Source of the DNA: a virus
Lineage: Duplodnaviria; Caudoviricetes
IMG/VR virus record: IMGVR_UViG_2617271113_000004
Location: 64,001-128,000 of that record
DNA: 64,000 nt
Reading direction: 5' to 3' (one strand)
Each line of letters starts with the position of its first letter. Position 1 is the stretch's first letter. Under the pieces are notes generated by a model. That model saw only the letters and a list, made by a program, of their open reading frames with translations, was not told where the DNA came from and did no database searches. The translations under genes and the position numbers were made by a program. Below, piece after piece: positions 50,733 to 58,800 of this stretch.

Positions 50733-50807
50733 TCTCGATAGCAGGACTTGAACCTACGACCTCTGCGTCCCAAACGCAGCGCTCTACGCAAACTGAGCTA
50801 TATCGAG
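50733..50807 (-). tRNA. tRNA-Pro (TGG)
   Basis: Full cloverleaf; anticodon arm CTGCG-TTTGGGA-CGCAG; T loop TTCAAGT. Confidence 0.93.
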
Positions 50808-50817
50808 TTGTATCCTT

Positions 50818-50964
50818 GCAGTTGTAAACCACTCTAACAACTGCTCTGTATTCATGTTTAGCACTAACTCTTGTCAGGTGATACGCCTTAGCTAAATGTA
50901 AAATACATTTTTTTGCTCAATTTTATTCTTGCCTGTATCAGAAGGCTGAGCCGTGGAGTTGTTA
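50818..50964 (-). ncRNA. Candidate structured ncRNA with complementary hairpin loops
   Basis: Closing stem 50835-42/50957-64; two inner arms whose loops (TGATAC and GTATCA) are complementary; strand inferred from the cluster. Confidence 0.45.
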
Positions 50965-50972
50965 TAAAATAG

Positions 50973-51066
50973 TGACCTTCATAGGAATTGAACCTATATC
51001 CACCTCTTGCTAAGCAATAAACCAGTCATCACCTAGTAAGTGTAGTAGAATTCTCCAGTAAGATCA
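50973..51066 (-). ncRNA. tRNA-like RNA with an expanded central domain
   Basis: Acceptor TGATCTT/AAGGTCA, perfect T arm ATAGG-TTCAATT-CCTAT, no canonical anticodon arm. Confidence 0.5.
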
Positions 51067-51100
51067 TTATGTATACGGGTCAAGATTAATTGACCCGATT

Positions 51101-51505
51101 TTATAAAGCAGGCAATGGATGAAGAGTCATACTTTCGTCAGTAACCCATCCTCCTGCAGCAGGATCATCAAAATAATGATAAATATATTGTCCAACTGCT
51201 TTTTGATTAACATCTGGTAGAAGAAAACCCACATTAACTACTCTTTTATTTTCCTCATCTGTTATTACTTCTTCATGAATTAGCTCTGCGTCCATTATAG
51301 TGAAAGGTTCTCCTGTTCCAGGATAGTTCATAAAGTTATCAACGAACCGTGGTCCATGGTTAGGATACATTTCATCTGGTGGATAAAACTGTATTCTTGT
51401 GTTTTGAGTAGGTTCTACAGCAAAATGTAATATTTCTGTAAATACACCATTTTTTCCACCTGCATAGTTACACATATACACTGCTTCTGGTTCTGTGAAA
51501 TCCAT
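51101..51505 (-). CDS. Hypothetical protein inside the tRNA cluster
   Basis: 134 aa, RBS AGGAG, followed by hairpin 51076-51097. Confidence 0.65.
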   Translation of the reverse strand: MDFTEPEAVYMCNYAGGKNGVFTEILHFAVEPTQNTRIQFYPPDEMYPNHGPRFVDNFMNYPGTGEPFTIMDAELIHEEVITDEENKRVVNVGFLLPDVNQKAVGQYIYHYFDDPAAGGWVTDESMTLHPLPAL

Positions 51506-51536
51506 ACCATCAGCTCCTATATTTTATTAGTTGACA

Positions 51537-51606
51537 TTCCCTGTTGGAGTTGCACCTTACCATCTACAGTTAACTCACTATAGACTGACTACTAACTAGT
51601 AGGGAA
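51537..51606 (-). ncRNA. Degenerate tRNA-like RNA
   Basis: Acceptor TTCCCT/AGGGAA, T-like GG-TGCAACT-CC, long stem TCTATAG/CTGTAGA; 4 nt from the tRNA-Asn CCA. Confidence 0.4.
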
Positions 51607-51610
51607 CATA

Positions 51611-51685
51611 TGGCTGAGTAGGTAGGATTCGAACCTACGACTAACCGGTTAACAGCCGATTGCTCTACCGCTGAGCTACTACTCA
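51611..51685 (-). tRNA. tRNA-Asn (GTT) with encoded CCA
   Basis: Full cloverleaf; ATCGG-CTGTTAA-CCGGT; GGTTCGAATCC. Confidence 0.95.
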
Positions 51686-51764
51686 ATATTGCAAATGCTC
51701 TAATGAAGAACATTTGCCTTTAAAAAGAGAAGAATAAATATGCTTCTAACAAACCCTTAAATAG

Positions 51765-51793
51765 ATAATACTACAAAATGTAATGTCTTTCAA
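51765..51793 (-). promoter_or_regulatory. SigA-type promoter of the tRNA cluster
   Basis: TTGAAA-17 bp-TATTAT; spacer contains the half-site CATTACA. Confidence 0.65.
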
Positions 51794-51852
51794 TATATTT
51801 ATTATAATATTTTAAACTTTTTTTATATTCAGTTTTTAATCTAGACATCTTG

Positions 51853-52395
51853 TTATTCTCTTTTTATATTCATCTGTAGATTTGCATTATTGATGAAAGC
51901 TTGATAATCGTTCTCTACCCTTCCTCCAACTACATATATTGGTCCTTCAGACTTATGGAGAATTTCACGAGACAGCTTAAGTATTTTCCTGAAATAACTA
52001 TTATCAATAAACTCTATATCTTCCATAATAACTGCATCTGCAGATAGTCCTGCAACCAGATGGCTATCACCATTAACACCAAAAAAGGTAATCCGTTTTC
52101 CATTATCTAAACATAGCGTGTTTGAATTAGAATAAATAACATTAACTCCCTGCTCTTCGAAAACGTCTTTATAGACCCTTGTATTCAAGGTTACAGTGCC
52201 TCCTATCAATACTACATGGTTCCATTCGGATTTGTTTATTTTTTTGGCAATATTATAGGATTTTCCACTTCCTCTGTCAGCAGTAACAGCTAATGTTTTA
52301 CAGTTAGCTTCTTGAAATAAGTCCCATTTATCTTTTTTCTTAAATAGTCTTTTAAATATTTTTTTCATAATTAATTCTCCTTTTTTGTAATGCAT
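51853..52395 (-). CDS. Stand-alone terminase-ATPase-like P-loop protein (start probably 52368)
   Basis: ADRGSGKS Walker A; LDNGKRITFFG; GLSADAVIMED Walker B-like. Confidence 0.55.
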   Translation of the reverse strand: MHYKKGELIMKKIFKRLFKKKDKWDLFQEANCKTLAVTADRGSGKSYNIAKKINKSEWNHVVLIGGTVTLNTRVYKDVFEEQGVNVIYSNSNTLCLDNGKRITFFGVNGDSHLVAGLSADAVIMEDIEFIDNSYFRKILKLSREILHKSEGPIYVVGGRVENDYQAFINNANLQMNIKRE

Positions 52396-52398
52396 TAC
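52386..52398. promoter_or_regulatory. Palindromic operator-like site, copy 2
   Basis: TGTAATGCATTAC upstream of the RBS of the P-loop gene. Confidence 0.6.
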
Positions 52399-52440
52399 TT
52401 TATTAAGGCAAAGATACTTTCAGTACAAATAACACTCCTT

Positions 52441-52875
52441 CTATATAAAACAACTAATTGCAATGGCAATAATAAATATCCTTACGATGTGAACAGTCTG
52501 ATCAATGGAGATAATAACAAATTGGGGTACGTTCTTTATTTCAAAGTTTTTTTGTTTTGCTATTTTCTTTTCTAAGAAATTCTTCCAGACTATTATTGGT
52601 TTTCTTGAATCAACAAGATAGTGTTCGATTAATGTTATTAAAAATACGATACTTGCTACCACCCAATTAAATGGTATAAGTAACAGTAATCCAATTGTTA
52701 GTGAATATACGAAACAATGCCTGAATCTTGCCAAACGCTTTTTTGTTTTATTCTGTGCTTGCCAGTCAGTTTGAAATAAATAATCTCCTATGTTATGACC
52801 TACATACTGAAAAATAAATGCTGTGCAGAAAATAATCATATTCACTATTTTGTTTCCTCCTTTACTCCAAGCCAT
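52441..52875 (-). CDS. DUF3307-like membrane protein
   Basis: HNIGDYLFQTDWQA..HC..HYLVD..DQTVH. Confidence 0.75.
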   Translation of the reverse strand: MAWSKGGNKIVNMIIFCTAFIFQYVGHNIGDYLFQTDWQAQNKTKKRLARFRHCFVYSLTIGLLLLIPFNWVVASIVFLITLIEHYLVDSRKPIIVWKNFLEKKIAKQKNFEIKNVPQFVIISIDQTVHIVRIFIIAIAISCFI

Positions 52876-53102
52876 TCTTTTGGGGACTTACCTAAAGCTC
52901 CTTTAAACATGTTGAAACTATTTTCTGCCTTCTGTTTACGAATCCATTCAGGTGTCCTATTTTCTTTTAATAACTCTTCTCTATGTTGACGGTGTTCGAT
53001 ATTAAACATATTTCGATATACCTGTAGTGCATAATAGCACTCGTTATGAGTAGGTTTTCGACCTTCAATCATATCTACTGCAATCTCATACAGTGTCCGC
53101 AT
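52845..53102 (-). CDS. Hypothetical phage protein
   Basis: RBS AGGAG; 85 aa. Confidence 0.6.
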   Translation of the reverse strand: MRTLYEIAVDMIEGRKPTHNECYYALQVYRNMFNIEHRQHREELLKENRTPEWIRKQKAENSFNMFKGALGKSPKEWLGVKEETK

Positions 53103-53119
53103 GTTTTATCTCCTAACTT

Positions 53120-53332
53120 TTAATTTACACCTATCTTAATCACAGTATCAATAACTGCCTTAAATAAATAATCCTTCGTTTTCTGTTCTACAGGTAATTC
53201 ATTGTAGGGAACTAAACAAGGATGCGTCTTATCGGGTGCATCTTCCCACTTTGGTTGTGATAAATCTCCAATACTTTCACAGTATGCTTTATTTACGTTA
53301 TGACATAATTCAGCTATTTGATTTTTGTTCAT
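53120..53332 (-). CDS. RyR-domain-like phage protein, apparently internally shortened
   Basis: CHNVNKAYCESIGD..WEDAP joined directly to KTHPCLVPYNELPVEQKTKD. Confidence 0.6.
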   Translation of the reverse strand: MNKNQIAELCHNVNKAYCESIGDLSQPKWEDAPDKTHPCLVPYNELPVEQKTKDYLFKAVIDTVIKIGVN

Positions 53333-53334
53333 GT

Positions 53335-53700
53335 TTATTTCTCCCCTTTTTTAATTCTTTTTTTCCATAGATATTTCGGGGATAGCATAACCCCTTCTTC
53401 TATTTTCACTTTATTTTTTCTTTGAAGATACCTAGCTAGAGTAAGTAGAACAGTGTGATAGTTATATTTTAGTTTTTGATGTATATCATAGAAGATCTTC
53501 AATAAATTAACTGGTCCTGAAGCTATTAGTAATTCACCTCTAATGTAATCATCGTGCCATACTTTAAAGTCACTTCTATTCTCACATTCCCACCAATACT
53601 CAACAGATATTCTTGTTGGCCACCAAGTTCGTTTATTTTTTATTTTTTTATATTCCTGTGATTCGTACTTGTACTCAGATAACTGTAATCTCTTCACCAT
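53335..53700 (-). CDS. Hypothetical protein
   Basis: RBS GGGGGAG; 121 aa. Confidence 0.55.
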   Translation of the reverse strand: MVKRLQLSEYKYESQEYKKIKNKRTWWPTRISVEYWWECENRSDFKVWHDDYIRGELLIASGPVNLLKIFYDIHQKLKYNYHTVLLTLARYLQRKNKVKIEEGVMLSPKYLWKKRIKKGEK

Positions 53701-53713
53701 TTCTCCCCCTTTA

Positions 53714-53896
53714 CTATTTGTAAATCTTACTACGATCTATTGGCACTATTTTAGAATAGCCATAACCTAAATCGATTATCTCTGAATTGTTCCTCAAGTC
53801 TACAGAACCATTTTCTACTAAGCGTTCATGCAGTGTTTTCTGTTCTGTTTTCTTTCTTCTGATGTATGTAGGCTTCTTCCCGTTTTCCATATACAA
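53714..53896 (-). CDS. Hypothetical protein
   Basis: RBS AGGAGG; 58-60 aa. Confidence 0.55.
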   Translation of the reverse strand: MYMENGKKPTYIRRKKTEQKTLHERLVENGSVDLRNNSEIIDLGYGYSKIVPIDRSKIYK

Positions 53897-53937
53897 ATCC
53901 TCCTTTTTATTTTCATTTATTCTTATTTAGACCTAAG

Positions 53938-53951
53938 TGTAATGCATTACA
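53938..53951. promoter_or_regulatory. Palindromic operator-like site, copy 3
   Basis: Perfect TGTAATGCATTACA just downstream of minus-strand GTGACT-17-TAAACT. Confidence 0.65.
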
Positions 53952-54040
53952 AATAGTTTATCTTACTCTGAATTTAAAGTCACTACCTAAACCTGGGGAA
54001 AAACCCTTATAGGGGAAAATTTCTAAAAAAAATTGCTCGG

Positions 54041-54067
54041 GGTACTACCTTTTATATAGGGAGTTTT
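54041..54067 (+). promoter_or_regulatory. Candidate phage-RNAP promoter motif GGYACTAC-N4-TATATAGGG, copy 1
   Basis: At the strand switch upstream of the first plus-strand ORF; 22/27 match to an inverted copy at 60346-60372. Confidence 0.45.
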
Positions 54068-54122
54068 CCAGGGCGTTTGTAGCCCCCACCCCTAACAAAC
54101 TATTAGAAAAGGATGATGAACA

Positions 54123-54302
54123 ATGCAAACAGTATCATTAGTAAACTTATTCAACCAATTAAAAGGATCAGGCAAATGTATCCGATTCGGTGACTTAATG
54201 AAAAGAGGATTTAATGCTGATCTAATCAAGGTAGCTGTAGAGAGATGTGAGATCGAACTAGGATTAGATGGAGAAGGATACACCATTGTTGTATTTAACT
54301 AA
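54123..54302 (+). CDS. Small hypothetical protein (59 aa, MQTVSLVNLF...)
   Basis: RBS AAAGGA; open frame read manually, absent from the ORF track. Confidence 0.6.
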   Translation: MQTVSLVNLFNQLKGSGKCIRFGDLMKRGFNADLIKVAVERCEIELGLDGEGYTIVVFN

Positions 54303-54305
54303 TGA

Positions 54306-54374
54306 ATCGAAACACCTTTCAAGAAAGGAAGGTGTATGCAGGACATGACCACCCTGTACTGATGAGATAGGTCA
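54306..54374 (+). ncRNA. Hammerhead ribozyme, type II with pseudoknot
   Basis: ATC-GAAA-CACCTTT..GAAGGTG-TA^TGCAGG..CCTGTA-CTGATGA-GAT; loop I TGACC pairs with 3' GGTCA. Confidence 0.85.
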
Positions 54375-54424
54375 CACTATTGTCCAGCTCATGACATGAA
54401 ACCGAGCATTAGAAAGGAGTCAAT

Positions 54425-54910
54425 ATGACTACAACGAGCATGAATAAGGATGCACTAACTACTGTACTAGCAGGTGCAAAGGAAGGAGTCAATAAGATAA
54501 AGAAGTCAAAACGATTTGAATCCATAGTTGAGAAAGCAGGTGTTGCATTAGGTAAAGCATACCGTGCAACAGAAGCTTTTATTAAAGGACATTGGAAGAA
54601 TGCTGCGCTTGCCACAGCTACAACAGTAGGTGCTGGTGCGATAACCACTGGGCTAGGCAGTGCGTTATGCGCAGGCGCCTTACTATATGGTGGCATAAAG
54701 ACACTAGCCTACTACCTAAGCCATAAACAGGTGCGATTCAAAGATGCAACTATCAATTTGTTTATTGAAAGTAGTATTGGATTCGTATATGGCATGGGCT
54801 TACTACTTGCTTATCTAATAGGTGGCACATTGCTAATCACGCTATCTGCTGAATTGGGACATTTCCTAGCTGCTAACTGGATGTATGTGCTGTATCTACT
54901 AGTAGGTTAA
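54425..54910 (+). CDS. Multi-pass membrane protein
   Basis: RBS AAAGGAG; 3-4 hydrophobic helices. Confidence 0.7.
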   Translation: MTTTSMNKDALTTVLAGAKEGVNKIKKSKRFESIVEKAGVALGKAYRATEAFIKGHWKNAALATATTVGAGAITTGLGSALCAGALLYGGIKTLAYYLSHKQVRFKDATINLFIESSIGFVYGMGLLLAYLIGGTLLITLSAELGHFLAANWMYVLYLLVG

Positions 54911-55143
54911 TAGCCTTGTAGTGTACCTCTGCCCCTCTCTATAGCGACACATCACATAGCTACTATAGAGTGTATGAACAGCTAGGTGATCGATAGGTGT
55001 TGTACATGCCCTGCTCTATCGTCAAAGAGATAATCATGTGCCTGTAGTGATTCCTGTAGAGTAACCGCTCGTCATTACAGAAGCTTTATATGTAATACCA
55101 ATCAATTAGATTTAAAACAAATTAATCATTGGAGGAATTTAAA

Positions 55144-55251
55144 ATGAAAAACTTATTAATCAAATTCGTACAACAGGACGCTACAGATAAGAAGATTCAA
55201 CTTGTATTCGTTGGAATGTTAGCTTTTCTATTCTTTGCACTAACACACTAA
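55144..55251 (+). CDS. 35-aa single-TM peptide
   Basis: RBS GGAGG; MKNLLIKFVQQDATDKKIQLVFVGMLAFLFFALTH. Confidence 0.55.
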   Translation: MKNLLIKFVQQDATDKKIQLVFVGMLAFLFFALTH

Positions 55252-55273
55252 AAAACAATTGGAGGAATGAACG

Positions 55274-55477
55274 ATGGACGTAACTTACAAACAATTAATT
55301 CTCGAAGGAAAATATCTTGGCTACTGTGGTCATATGGGATACCTGTATTCCATCTTTGTTAGATATGACGAGAAGGAACAGGAAGTATATCAAATCTATG
55401 GTGTTCATGGAAATGCGTTACATTTTCTTATTGAATATCCAATACTACGAAAGGAGCATGATGTAGATGAACTATAA
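55274..55477 (+). CDS. Hypothetical protein
   Basis: RBS GGAGG. Confidence 0.6.
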   Translation: MDVTYKQLILEGKYLGYCGHMGYLYSIFVRYDEKEQEVYQIYGVHGNALHFLIEYPILRKEHDVDEL

Positions 55478-55850
55478 TATGCCAACTGGAAGATATGTTG
55501 AATTATACGTCAAAGAAATCTTCAAAGAACTGTTTGAAACAACTTATGTTGAAGCAACAAAAGAAGATGATCTATATCGAGGGACAGACTTCTTCATTGG
55601 GTCTGTTCCTATTGATGTAACCATTAATGAAAGTAAAGATCACTGCAAGTTAATTAAGAAGTATTTATTGGATGGCGTTACAGTCTCCGTGTCCAAACGT
55701 AACCGTAACGCCAGGGTAACATTCGAAAGACCAGTATTAGTCTTTCATTTTGATCTGTACGATTTGCGAGATCGTATGCAGATCTGTGAGTTAATCGATG
55801 AATCACTCACACAAGACATTATAACAGAAATCTTAGGCCTTTATAAATAA
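55467..55850 (+). CDS. Hypothetical protein, possible PD-(D/E)xK-like fold
   Basis: E...D...GTDFFI..IDVT pattern; RBS AAGGAG. Confidence 0.5.
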   Translation: MNYNMPTGRYVELYVKEIFKELFETTYVEATKEDDLYRGTDFFIGSVPIDVTINESKDHCKLIKKYLLDGVTVSVSKRNRNARVTFERPVLVFHFDLYDLRDRMQICELIDESLTQDIITEILGLYK

Positions 55851-55869
55851 GGCTAACCACAAAGGAGAA

Positions 55870-58800
55870 ATGATTACTATGAAAAATCAAACTGCGACTG
55901 TATCAAATCAATCTAACCAAACTAAAGGAGATGTTATTAAAATGGAAAATCGTACAATGTTAAAAGAAAATGGTTATCTATACACTGTTCAGGACATTCT
56001 TGCTGCCCTATCTAAATCAGAAGGTTTCAAATCACGTGATTCAAAGAACTTTGCTCGTGTACTAAGAGCAATGTCAGAAGGAAAGGCATTACTTGATATC
56101 TTAGCTAATCCGTCACTAGCAGGAGTACCGAATAATCAAGTTCGGTACTTTACTGAGTTTGTAGAAAACAACAAACTAGCAAAACGTGTATATAAACCAA
56201 CACGTAAAGGTGTACTTGTTCCAATTGCTGATATTAATCTAATGGAAATGCAAGAAGATAAAGTATACTCAACAATTGATTATTCTGAAGTAAATGTAGA
56301 CTCTTATAAAGAGATTAGTGAATCGTTCTTGAGTGAAACACTAGCTTCTACACCAGAGATGATTGAGTTTACTCGTAATGGAAAACTTATTAAACAACGC
56401 ATGATGCTTCCTATGCGTCATGTCTTCTTCGTGAGCTTAGGCTTGGAGCTCCCTGAAGAAGAAGCGGACTATGATCAGGAAGACTTTGATAATATTCATC
56501 TTCGTGAACGAGTAATGAAAGATGGATTTTATTTTACAGACGAAAATGGTGAAGAAGGACATGCTTACTTCTTCTTACGCACTCCATCTCAAGCACGTGT
56601 GTTACAAGCAGTCTTTATTGATACAGCTTTCATGTCCCCTGTTCAAGCGTTAAAACTATTAGGTCATGAATTAATTGCTTATGGCTCTCAAGATAATGAA
56701 GGCAATTATGTTGTTAAAGTAGACAAAATGATTACTCGTCCAGGTCTAGCTGGTACAAATACTGTTGCTTCTAAGACAGTTGATATTGGAAATATCGTGG
56801 AGATTAATCATAAAGGTGAACAACGCTTAGTTGGTGGTGTGCATACCCTACGTGTTGTAGAAGATAGACAAGTTGAAATTAAAACAGGTACGTATCGTGC
56901 TTGGGACAAAGAGAAACAATGCTTTAAAGAGTTTGATGCAAATGAGCATCCGATCTCACTAACAGCAGCAGATGGTGCGATCTTCTGTGATGAAGAGATT
57001 TATCATACACTTGGTGCAGAGTTCGGTCAATTTAACGATGCATGGCAAATTCGCATTACTCCATTTGTTAAAGGTCTTATGGTGTTCGTGCCAAATCTAC
57101 GTGCTTACTATGATGATCATATTATTGCATTTAAGTCTGCTGTTAAAGGTGACTTTGCTAATCTAATTACAGCTAATCCTGACTTCAAACCACAACTACG
57201 TATTGCTATGTTTAACCGTAATCTTAATCAAGAAAAGACGTATACGGATATGCCTTATCAATTTGTACAAGCTTCTTCACTAAACACAAGTGACCTATGG
57301 AAAGTTATGAAACCACACTTAGAAAAAGTAGGCAATGCATTACACGATCCAAGTATCATGAAGAAATATGTAGGGCTAGATAAAGTCATTGATGCTGATC
57401 TATTCGATCAGGAAACAGAACACTACATGATTGATCAGTCTCGAGTATCAACGTTTACTTCGTTCTTAGATATGTTTGATTGGACTTATGAAGATGTGCA
57501 TATGAAACGCTATGCATTAGATGTGCTCAAAGAAAAGATTGCTGATTGGAAAACCGGCAATGTGCCTGTAGAAGGACATTATCGCTATTTAATGCAAGAT
57601 CCATATGCTGTACTAGAAGCTGGTACAAAGTATACCGTTCGCAATGAAAATGGAGATCTAATGATAACAAATCGTGGATCTTATCACATTCAACCAAACG
57701 AAGCATTTGTCCCATCTGCTCATGAACATAAATCAAATGTCTATGTAGCAGCTGGACGTAACCCAATGATTGCAAAAGGTGAGTGGCAAGTGGTCCGTCA
57801 TCGCCCTATCGATATGTATAACCGTGCTTATAAGAAAGGTGCTTTCCGTAACATTACACTTATGAGTGTGCATGACATGAGACTATTTGCTATGGGTGGA
57901 GCTGACGTTGATGGAGATACTGCACTAACTGTAACAGATGAAACAATTGTACAAGCATTAAAGCGTAAAGAAACTTCTCCAGTAATGGATATCTCTTTTG
58001 TTGAGAAAGATGGCAATATCGAATTCTTAGGAGATGGTGTTCCTTATTCAAAAGAAATGACTGGTGTATATCGTATGCCAGAACACTTAGTAGACAAGCA
58101 AAATAATTACAAGATCACATTTACAAAAGAACAAAATACAGATGAACTCTATGAAGAGGTTCATAAGCTAGGTGTTGATTATGTCATACGTACATTAAAG
58201 CCAAACAAAATTGGTATTGCTACTAACATTGCATCTATCTTGGCAGATGCTGTTCGTGGCTTAGGCTATGACTTATATTTGAATAATGTATCTCAAGATC
58301 AAGTAATGACTACGATTAAACAGTATGAGAACTGGATTGACATCCTACGCTTAGTACAAGGTTGGGAAATTGATGCAGCTAAACATGGTGGTGCCTATCA
58401 AGAAGTCATGAAAGAAACATTAGACTTTATGGATAACCCACCTGAATCATTATCATATCTACACAAAGGTCTTGGTCGTCGTGTATGGAATAAGCCTAAT
58501 TGGTTAGCAGCACGTGTTGGAAAGAAAGGTCATGATCTGGGGTCTGTGTTGTCACGTCTTATGGATCTTGTTCAACAATTCGAAGACAATATGTTAACGA
58601 ATGAATTGGAAAGAATGCATCTAGAAGCAGATAGCTTTTCTCTGTTAGCTAAACTAAACAGTGCATTCCAATTAGATCCTGCTTACTTTAATGAGCTTGC
58701 TAATCATGTAAAACAATTAAAAGCTTCTTATGGTTCAGCTGTTCGTAAGACACATCAAGCAGCTCAAGATAAGAAGCAAGTTATTATTGAATCAAATACA

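Noticed and set aside
50632-50832. 66-aa minus-strand ORF
   Set aside because: Overlaps tRNA-Pro and a tRNA-like element; spurious
54092-54696. Minus-strand 64-aa and 95-aa ORFs
   Set aside because: Antisense to RBS-supported plus-strand ORFs
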